Positions 55,914 to 64,000 of a DNA stretch of 64,000 nucleotides are shown in pieces; the first letter of the stretch is position 1; every line of letters begins with the position of its first letter. A program made the translations under genes and the position numbers. Source of the stretch: an uncultured Planctomycetota bacterium (GTDB lineage Bacteria; Planctomycetota; Planctomycetia; Pirellulales; Lacipirellulaceae); assembly GCA_963719315.1 (NCBI GenBank), contig CAVRBU010000006.1, positions 246,801-310,800 of the forward strand, read 5' to 3'. Under the pieces are notes generated by a model, which was not told where the DNA came from, made no database searches, and worked only from the letters and a program-made list of their open reading frames with translations.

Positions 55914-56382
55914 TCAGTCCGGGGCCAGAAAGCTCATGTGCAATTCCGCATGCCGCAGATTGAATTGATCCCATTCTTCCCGACTGATTCGACCGAAGGC
56001 CGGGTGTAGGCTTCGTCGGGATTCTAACGTCTGTCGCTCGATCGCTCGCATCAAATCAGCGATGGCGTCGTTCAGGGCCGTAGTCTCGTGAGGGATAAAC
56101 TTGGGGGTTGCCTTGAACCCGGCAGGAATGGTCCCGGTGAGGAACTTTTTCTTCATCAGCCGCGCCATGATCCAGCGCATCGGGCGCGGGAAGTAGAAAC
56201 CCGGCGCCGTCGATCGATGAATCGAGCGACAGCGCGAGATGTTCGTAAATCTGAGCCTGCGACCAATTCCCCAGCGTTCTCACGGGTTGCCCTGCGAGAT
56301 GCTCGGCATCGACCAGAAAATCGTTGTAGTCGGCGTACTTGACGACCCGACGGTCGGTCACTTGCTTGGTGTTGATGGTCAT
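55914..56382 (-). CDS. DUF1569 (DinB superfamily) protein (frameshift near 56190)
   Basis: GNWSQAQIYEHLA, HPAFG, LRHAELHMSF. Confidence 0.82.
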
Positions 56383-56431
56383 GGATTGACTCCAGTATGA
56401 ATTTCGGATGTGAACATCGTAATCTGTCCCG

Positions 56432-56929
56432 TCATGCCATCAACGGGGCACGCCCGGCCGCGCGGCGGGCGTCGGCGACTTGACCGGCGTGGAACATGAT
56501 GTGGTTCGCCATCGATGCAAAGCAGCCGCCGACCGTTGCGAATCCGGCCCCAAATTCTTCCGGAGCGTGGCTTCGCTTGTCGAGGTCGGCGTCGGTCAGT
56601 GTCGCGAGGTGGTCCAGCGATGCAGCCCGCATCTTTTCGAAAAGCTCACGCAGTTCGTCCATTTTGGGGTATTGGCCGGCATCGGCGGTCGGGGTCGTCT
56701 GCATCCCGAATCGTGGAGCGAGTTGAGGAAAGCGATTCTCACGGCCCAGAATGAATGCGTCCAGCAACATGCTTTCGCTGTAGGCGATATGCCCGAGTAC
56801 CCACAGCGGATGGTTGCCCCCGTTCGAGGTGGGCTGTGTCGTGGGAGCGTCTTTCATGTCCAGAATGAGCCCCATCGCCCAATCCTTGCTGCTGTCCAGT
56901 GCCAATCGGACAAATTCGGTGGCCTGCAT
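56432..56929 (-). CDS. DinB family protein
   Basis: NHPLWVLGHIA, HIMFHAGQ. Confidence 0.85.
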   Translation of the reverse strand: MQATEFVRLALDSSKDWAMGLILDMKDAPTTQPTSNGGNHPLWVLGHIAYSESMLLDAFILGRENRFPQLAPRFGMQTTPTADAGQYPKMDELRELFEKMRAASLDHLATLTDADLDKRSHAPEEFGAGFATVGGCFASMANHIMFHAGQVADARRAAGRAPLMA

Positions 56930-57131
56930 GTTGAACTCCAAAATTGTTGAATCGGAAACGACAATTATGTGCCTTTACACACACGTGATATATTGGTAAC
57001 ATAATGGCATGGGTTCTCGCCGTCAACCGTGGCGGCAGGAAATATTTTTTGCCGGTCGATCGCAGCTTGGCGTCTAGATCGCTGATGCAGTCAATCGTCC
57101 GAGTCCGGTCCATTTCAGAAAGGAAAACGAC

Positions 57132-57575
57132 ATGGCATTCGTGGATGACGCTCCCTTCGACCTGTCTCAATCCGTGGAGATTCAAGCCGCGATCGGCGAC
57201 GCCTATCTCGCGCTGATTCGCCGGCTCTCCGAGGACAACTCAACGCCCGACAATCGCCCGATGCCGATGGTGCTGGAACAGTGGCCGGGCGGTCGTTGGT
57301 TTCGAGATCTCGGCAACGGGCAAGGTCACCTGTGGGGATTCGTGCAGGTGATCAAGCCACCGACGTTGCTGGAGATCAACGGGCCGATGTTCATGTCGTA
57401 CGCGGTCGCCGGACACCTGCAATTCCGACTGACCACGATCAGCGGCGGAGCGGAACTGTCGCTTCGGCACCGCGTGCTCGGCCCCGTCGAGGAGGATCAC
57501 CGCCGCGGCGTTGTTCCCGGTTGGAATTATCTTCTGCAACAGACTAAACTGCTTGCCGAAAAGGGGAACGCCTGA
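57132..57575 (+). CDS. SRPBCC (Aha1-like) domain protein
   Basis: PGGRWFRD, PPTLLE, LSLRH, GWNYLL; coupled to ArsR. Confidence 0.78.
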   Translation: MAFVDDAPFDLSQSVEIQAAIGDAYLALIRRLSEDNSTPDNRPMPMVLEQWPGGRWFRDLGNGQGHLWGFVQVIKPPTLLEINGPMFMSYAVAGHLQFRLTTISGGAELSLRHRVLGPVEEDHRRGVVPGWNYLLQQTKLLAEKGNA

Positions 57576-57931
57576 TGGCCAATGACTCCGATCTCGTGTG
57601 GAAGGCGCTTTCCGATCCGACTCGAAGGTCGATCCTTGACTTGCTGCGCGACGGGCCGAAACAGACCACGGAGATCGCCGATCGGTTTCCCGATCTGTCC
57701 CGCTTCGGCGTGATGAAACATCTGGAGGTACTGCGTGATGCCGGCCTGGTGCGGACGCGCGCCGAAGGACGTTTGCGAGTCAACTCGCTGAATGTCGCCC
57801 CGATCCGCGAAATCGTCGAACGCTGGATCAGCAAGTACGACGGGTTTTGGGCCAACACGCTGTTGCGAGTGAAGGAAATCGCGGAATCCAGTTCGACGGC
57901 AAAAGTGAAGCGTCGCTCGAGACGGGCCTAA
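57575..57931 (+). CDS. ArsR/SmtB family regulator
   Basis: WKALSDPTRRSILDLL...SRFGVMKHLEVLRDAGLV. Confidence 0.9.
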   Translation: MANDSDLVWKALSDPTRRSILDLLRDGPKQTTEIADRFPDLSRFGVMKHLEVLRDAGLVRTRAEGRLRVNSLNVAPIREIVERWISKYDGFWANTLLRVKEIAESSSTAKVKRRSRRA

Positions 57932-58148
57932 TGACACAGTGGGAGCATACCGATCAACTGCGGCCCAGATCAAAACTCTCTTTTCGTGACCTGCCAGTTC
58001 TATCCGCCGTGCGAGCGAGTCTTCGCGGTTTCAGCAGCGGCAATGCGATGTAGCGGTGGCTCGGACCAGGAACTTGCCGAGTCATTGATGGCAACGTCGA
58101 CTTCCGAGTTGACGGAGACGATCGCTTGCGGTTCAGAAGCCGTGTCCG

Positions 58149-61100
58149 TCACTTTTTCTGCGATTGTGCCGCGGTGTTCGGGAGAGCGGCCTTCAATTGA
58201 CTGAGATACGCCACGAGGTCGCGCAGGTCGCGCGGCGTCATGTGTTCCATGACGTTGTCCGGCATCGCCGACTTGCCCTTCACGCGGTTTTCAACCGAAG
58301 CTGGATCGATGACAATCGTTTTCGCCTCGGCATCGACGAGTTCGATCTTCGATTTGTCTTCATGCCGCACGATTCCGGTGACGACTTTCCCGGAGTCGAG
58401 TTCCAGCACGGCGGTTTCGAAGCCTTCGCAGATTTTCGCGTTGGGCGTGACGATCGATTCGAGAATCTCGGCCGGCTTCCGTTCGACGCCGACACTGGCC
58501 AAACAGGGACCGACTAGCACCTCGCCCGGCTTTACGGAGTGGCAGCGGCGGCAGGCCAGTGTGTCGTTCGTTTCGAATATCTTTTGGCCGCGTTGCGCGT
58601 CTCCACCGCTGAGGCAATTCGCGTGCTGATCCACGGGGCTGGCGCTCGCCAATTGCTCGGTGAAGCGTTTTTTCCGCTCGACGAGTTTCGCATCGGTCGA
58701 TTTGCCGGCCGCTTCGAGCACCTCGATCTGCAACTCGGGCGGGCACTTGCCGCTCTCCAATCGCTCCATCCAGTGGCCGACAACCTCGCGGGCGGCGGGG
58801 CTCGCCAGGCCGGCCAACATATCCATTGCAGCCTGCCGCTCGGGCATGGTTCCCGTGTTCAGCGTGTCGCGAAGTCGTTCGACAACCTGCGTCGGGAACC
58901 GATTGGACCATAACTTTAGCGCCGCGGTGCGCACGCCGGCATTCGTTGACTTCAAGCCCGCGTCGATCGCCTGATGCGTGACATTCTCATTCGCCTTGCC
59001 GTAAGCCGCTATTGCGCGAATCCGCATTTGCTCCGGCTGCGCTTCGTTCGTCACGATCGACATCATGGGCGCAAAGGCTTCATCGACACCCAGCTCAGCC
59101 GCAACGATCAGTCCGGCCGGATTTGATGAGCTGACTTCGACCAGCTTGGGCAGCGAATGCCGCAATGTGGCGACAACCTCTTCGACGGGCCGAGGTTCGA
59201 GCGGCCGCCAATCGCCGTTGACCGAATCGCGCGGCGACGTTTTGGCCCACGTGTGGACCTGCTCCCAAGCCAGATCGCGCAACTTTGGATCGATATCGCT
59301 GCGACACGCCAAATTGATCACTGCCTGCAGATTCCGCGGCGTTCGCCCGGCGACGTTGGCCGCCAGGACGCGGCGCAGCAGCGGATCACTCGTCGATTTT
59401 GTCTTGCCGATGATCCCGGCCAGTCGATCGTTCGCGGCAGGTATCGGCGCGTCCCAAATAACGCGGGCCGCTTCGAGCGCGACGCGCTCATTGGCGTCGG
59501 CCAGGAAATCCGCGACCAGCGGCGACTTCTGTTTTCCGAGCGCAACGACCAGGATCAGCCGCTGCAAATCGCTAGCGCCTGTAGCCGCCTTGACCAATTC
59601 TTCCGACGTGTGCCCGCCGGCGAGCGCCATTGACACGGCATGTCGTAGCGTGGGGTCTTCACCATCTTTTGCGGCCATTTGCAGCAGTTCGGCCAGCGGG
59701 GCCGGATGGCGCAACTTTCCCAGCGCGATGGCCGCCAGGCAGCGCACGCGGGGTGAAGTGTCGGCAAGCAGCGGCGCCAACGCGTTGCCGCACGCCGCGC
59801 GTCGCTGGTCGTTGTCACGCGATGCGTAGGCCAACGTGCGAGCGGCCTGGGCGCGGACTTCCGCATCGGCATCGCTGCAAAGTTGGGCAATGGCATCGAA
59901 TCGTGGAGGGTCGTGCTCGGCCAATTGACCAAGGGCCCAGATGGCATGAATCCTTCCGAGCAGCGGTGCATCGTGCGTAGTTGCCAGTCTATTAAGCGGT
60001 TCTCCCGATTCTGCTCCGATCCCTACCAATCGCCCCTGAGAGCCGAGGCGGACGCGCATATCAGCATGTCCTAACAGAGCAAGCAACTCGCTCGTCGAAG
60101 CGTGCGCGATCTTTTGCTTTGCTGCCTGGGTTTCGGCCCGTTGCTTCGCGGAGTTTGCATCGTCGCATGTGATGCGGTGGATGCGACCCACCCCAGGGCC
60201 GTGCCAGCCCTCTACCCAATCGAGTATGTAAAAGTCGCCGTTCGGGCCGAAGTCGCAATCGGTCGCCAAAACATTCGAGATAAACGGTTTGTAGCTGGCG
60301 AGTTTGTAAGTCGCGCCCCGAGGAGCGATATGAAATTCGCGAATGCCGCTCGTTGCCGGCGCACGCGGAAATCGACCAGGAAGAACGCGCCGTCGTACTT
60401 TGTCGGAAGTCCCGTACCCGGGTAATGAACCAGGCCGGAAGGACCATCGGCAATGTTGGCGAGCGGCGGAACGATGGACGCCGGCTGCTCGCTGTTTTGT
60501 GGATACCAAATCTTTTCGCGATTGAACGGGCCGCGATCCGGCAGATATTGGAACGCCATCCGCCAACCGGCATTCATTCCTTCCACGATATGTACGAGCC
60601 GAGCCTTGTCGCCGGAGTCGGAGTTGTTATCAACCGTGAACAGGTCGCCTAGTTCGTTGAACGCAAGTTCCTGCGGGTTGCGCAAGCCAGTGGCGAAGAG
60701 TTCGAGCTGGCTGCCGTCCGGGTTACACCGCAGCACGGAGCCCGAAACGACGTTCGTCAGCGTCCCTTCGGGCGTCGGGACGTTCAAGCCACGATCGCCC
60801 ACGGAAAAATAGATCTTACCGTCCGGGCCTGAGCACAAGCCGTGCAGATCGTGGCCGAACAACGCGACATGTACGCCGAATCCAGTGGCCAGGGCTCGCT
60901 TCTGTTCCGCTACGCCGTCGCCATTCGCGTCGCGCAGTTCCCAGAGTGAAGGAATGCAAGTGAACAGCAAATGGTCTTTGCTCCACAGCACGCCGGCCGC
61001 GGCCCCGTCTTCGATATTGTTGTATCCGGTCGAGAAAATCGACGAATGCTCGTAAATGCCGTCGGCGTCGCGGTCCTCCAGCAGGCGAACTTGATCGCTG

Positions 61101-61495
61101 TTCGACGTGAACTCATTGATTCGATCGCCCATGCGGCGTTTGAAGTACTCGCGCCGATCGGCAACCGTGCGAGCGGCCAGGTCATCATCCAGCCAATCCA
61201 TTTCCTCGCGATTATCCTGAACGCCGTGCATCACTCGATACGTTTCGGCGACGAAAATCCGCCCGCTGGGATCGAAGCAGAATGCGACGCCGTTGGCCAG
61301 ATTCGGCTCGCTGGCAACCGTTTTCAGCGTAAATCCAGCCGGTACCTGAATCGCCTTTGCCGCCAGGATCGCCTGAGGCGACACGGCCGGCTCTTGCTCC
61401 GGAACATCGGCCGATCGCGCGGGTATTATGTTGGGCTGAATCAAAACGAGCCAAATCGTCAGGCAGCCGGCTAGTTGTTGGAATTGAAACCTCAT
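58149..61495 (-). CDS. PVC-type haem-binding (CxxCH) membrane-bound dehydrogenase-like protein with HEAT repeats (frameshift near 60360)
   Basis: VPAGF...ASEP, HDLHG, GLRNPQE, DNNSD; HEAT repeats; CRRCH...GP.L...SAMP...DLVAYL. Confidence 0.88.
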
Positions 61496-61544
61496 GAAGT
61501 TCCTCTGAGCGTTTTACAATTGCGATGCTGATGTTCGAGTTCAC

Positions 61545-61628
61545 AATCACGGATCACACGGATCAAACGGACAATACGCGGAAACGAGATTCATAAATCC
61601 CATCCGTGAAATCCGCGATATCCGTGGC
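61545..61628. repeat. Inverted pair of 9-bp-period triplets (CACGGATnn)
   Basis: CACGGATCACACGGATCAAACGGA ... ATCCGTGAAATCCGCGATATCCGTGG. Confidence 0.7.
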
Positions 61629-61845
61629 TCCCTTTATTAGATACAAAGATTGAAAGTATGCCACTCATATCCGTCTGGCAACTCCGCGCTAGGCGCGAAC
61701 TCTAGGTGGATGGCGTGCGAGACTGGCAAGGGGTTTTAGTCTTGGCCGGTGAACCACTTATCGCGTGATCGACCGCGTAGGGGTTGGCGACTAACGTGGC
61801 CCGTTCTGCAGGGCTTTTTGCTTATTCAAAATGGAGAAATAAGTA

Positions 61846-61933
61846 TGGGAGGCGTCTCCGACGCCGAAATCGCAAAAGCTTTGATAGCGGCTTGAAGTGC
61901 GTCGCCTCATCGGGGCCGGAGACGCCTCCCACA
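61846..61933. repeat. REP-like doublet
   Basis: TGGGAGGCGTCTCCGACGCCGA ... TCGGGGCCGGAGACGCCTCCCACA. Confidence 0.7.
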
Positions 61934-62015
61934 ACTTTCGCCAGATTCAACAAATGAATGGCCGTGCGACGGCAGTGGGTGGTGTCCTAATTTGGCACTG
62001 TTCGGACCGGAACTT

Positions 62016-62069
62016 TGTAACGCGGACTTCAGTCCGTACGAGAATCACGGACTGAAGTCCGTGCTACAA
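62016..62069. repeat. REP-like doublet
   Basis: TGTAACGCGGACTTCAGTCCGT ... ACGGACTGAAGTCCGTGCTACA. Confidence 0.72.
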
Positions 62070-62470
62070 GGTTGTTGTGCCGCAATTGCGGCACGAGCCA
62101 GAGCGGCACTAAAATCGAGTGGGTACATCCTTGGACAGGAGCAAAGAGCATGCATCGTCGAGCGAGGCTGGCGGCGGAGACGGTCGCTTAGGTCTTCGCA
62201 AGAACCGACGTATCATCGCCCATTCGTTTCACTTCGCAAAACGTAAACGTAGTGCATGGGCCAACACTCAAATCAAGTCGGGGCGACAGGATGCCAATAG
62301 AACTCTTTCTGGACGGCATACAGAGACTCCAGGCGATAATACTCGACATCCTGTGCCAGCCGACGACAGGTTGAGATTTGAGGGCTAACCCATGTCCCGC
62401 ATCGAATTCGCCATCTCACACAATCGTTTGCCGCGTTAGATCGAGCGAATGAGCCGGAGCGACTGAGTCC

Positions 62471-63565
62471 ATGGGGATTCTCACTGCAGACATGAAACGG
62501 GTCGTCGAAGAGCAACGCCTTGGCTTCATCGCCACGGTGTGCGCCGACGGGACGCCGAATGTCTCGCCCAAAGGCACAACCGCCGTCTGGGACGACGATC
62601 ACCTAATCTTCGCGAACATCCGCTCGCCGGGCACGCTTGCGAACCTCAGGCAGAATCTCAACGTCGAAGTGAACGTCGTCGATCCGATTGTCCGAAAAGG
62701 CTACCGCTTTAAGGGCGTCGCGTCCGTCCTCGATTCTGGGACCCTTCATGACCAAGCGATGGCCTTCTACAAGGCGCGCGGTGCTCCGCTGGAGTTGATC
62801 CGCGAGGTTGTATTGATACGAGTGGATAGCGCGCAGCCGGTCACTTCGCCGGCCTATGATCTGGGGCTAAGTGAAGACGAGGTCCGAACGCGCTCGCTCC
62901 GGCGCATGGGCCTTGCTTCGCTTAACGCGCCACCAGTGGCCGCTGCGCTGCACGCGACGACTCATGATGATTCGCTGGAAGCTGTAAAGGCCGAACTGGA
63001 GCGCTTCGGCGAGGCAAATGATGCCGCCACGGACGAACGGCCGCGGCGGATGCTCAACATCACCCGCGACACCGGCGAATTCCTGGCCGTTCTAATCCGC
63101 TCGACCTGCGCCCAGCGAGTGTTAGAGATTGGCACGTCGAACGGGTATTCGACGCTCTGGCTTGCCGAGGCTGTTAGGGCGATAGGCGGCACGGTGACGA
63201 CGATTGAGATCGCTGCGTCCAAAGTGGGTCTCGCCACGGCTAACTTCGGCCACGCCGGACTATCGCAGTTCATCAAGCTGGTGCAAGACGACGCCAAGCA
63301 GTTTCTGGAGCGAAGTGATCCGAGTGCATACGACTTGATTTTCCTCGATGCGGAGCGCAGCGAGTATCCCAGTTGGTGGCCCCACCTGCGTCGCGTTCTA
63401 AGCCCACGAGGCTTATTGATCGTAGATAACGCAACGTCTCACATTGACGAGATGGCGCCTTTCATAGCATTGGTAACCTCTGATGCCGGCTTTGCAACCT
63501 GCCTGGTACCGGTGGGCAAAGGCGAGTTTCTTGCAGTAAAAACTGCGCCGTGTGGATGCTGCTGA
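62471..63565 (+). CDS. Pyridoxamine 5'-phosphate oxidase-like FMN-binding domain plus class I O-methyltransferase (possibly two genes joined by an indel)
   Basis: IATVCADGTPNVSPKG, GYRFKG; VLEIGTSNGYS, DLIFLDA, IVDNA. Confidence 0.8.
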   Translation: MGILTADMKRVVEEQRLGFIATVCADGTPNVSPKGTTAVWDDDHLIFANIRSPGTLANLRQNLNVEVNVVDPIVRKGYRFKGVASVLDSGTLHDQAMAFYKARGAPLELIREVVLIRVDSAQPVTSPAYDLGLSEDEVRTRSLRRMGLASLNAPPVAAALHATTHDDSLEAVKAELERFGEANDAATDERPRRMLNITRDTGEFLAVLIRSTCAQRVLEIGTSNGYSTLWLAEAVRAIGGTVTTIEIAASKVGLATANFGHAGLSQFIKLVQDDAKQFLERSDPSAYDLIFLDAERSEYPSWWPHLRRVLSPRGLLIVDNATSHIDEMAPFIALVTSDAGFATCLVPVGKGEFLAVKTAPCGCC

Positions 63566-63761
63566 GCCGTCTCAATGACAAGATGACGGCGCCGGCTCGC
63601 TCGTTTTCTCCCGACAAGTTCAAATCCCGTCGCCAGTCGCTTCCACAACCGGCGACGGGATTTGAGTTCGCGAAAAAGTCGAGCTGAGAGGTTTTGAACC
63701 TCCGGCCTGTCGCCGCGGCGACCGCTCGATTCAAGCTGCATCCCATTACTACGGAAAAAAA

Positions 63762-63802
63762 CGGGGTGACAAGATTCGAACTTGCGACCTCTTGGTCCCG
63801 AA
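63762..63802 (-). other. 3' half of tRNA-Pro(CGG), probable att site of an integrated element
   Basis: TTCGGGACCAAGAGGTCGCAAGTTCGAATCTTGTCACCCCG = anticodon loop, T arm and 3' acceptor strand; no D arm or 5' acceptor strand upstream. Confidence 0.8.
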
Positions 63803-64000
63803 GCAGTCCAGAAACCCCTTGAAAATAAGTGCTTTTCGCTGTTTTCATCGGTGATAAACGTCATTCTAAGATGCCACTCACACCATTGCAATCAGACACA
63901 CGCAATTGCACTGAATCGCGGAGTATTTGCAATTCGAGAATCGCTAAAACGGAAGATTCCGTTTTGGTTGGCAGCGGATGTCCACGGCCAGAAACGCCTA

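Noticed and set aside
56980..57003. ArsR operator (ACGTGATATATTGGTAACAT)
   Set aside because: Dyad symmetry too weak to support from one copy.
61670..61822. Possible c-di-GMP-I riboswitch upstream of the haem protein gene (GCGGAGTTGCC on minus strand)
   Set aside because: The conserved GCAAA/GGGACGCAAAG core is not present.
62471..63565. Novel PNPOx/O-methyltransferase fusion
   Set aside because: At 62961-62970 (CTCATGATGA) one added base would give a TGA stop overlapping an ATG that starts M-x-DSLEAVKAEL; given the indel rate, two coupled genes are at least as likely.

Overview
GC-rich bacterial window, almost certainly a planctomycete (DUF1549/DUF1553-DUF1501 modules, PEP-CTERM proteins, TIGR02999-type ECF sigma with Ser/Thr kinase, PVC-type haem protein, sulfatases). 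Many otherwise intact genes carry single-base frameshifts, most likely long-read assembly errors. Layout: (1) 1-5.5 kb accessory island of one- or two-gene modules, each bounded by a recurrent ~21-bp motif (AAAGGNNACGGGAGTCATTTT), one copy split by a 992-bp IS with a 9-bp target duplication; (2) 5.5-32.4 kb core-like genes: sigma-54 activator, DNase I-like enzyme, three DUF1553/DUF1501 pairs with interspersed TA-like genes, two sulfatases, transglutaminase-like protein, OprB porin; (3) 32.6-36.6 kb AT-richer island: Clp-fold protease, broken IS1-like transposase, RHH regulator, a 9/3 allo-tRNA-like cloverleaf, HNH-like gene; (4) 37-44.2 kb ECF sigma/kinase block whose downstream genes share a duplicated structured leader; (5) 44.6-52.8 kb Rrf2-linked molybdoenzyme/ferredoxin/Rieske/globin cluster with a truncated hmp-like remnant; (6) PEP-CTERM, DinB/SRPBCC/ArsR, haem protein, many REP/MITE-like palindromes and a tRNA-Pro 3' half (probable att site) near the right end. 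All family calls come from motifs read by eye; no database search was run.
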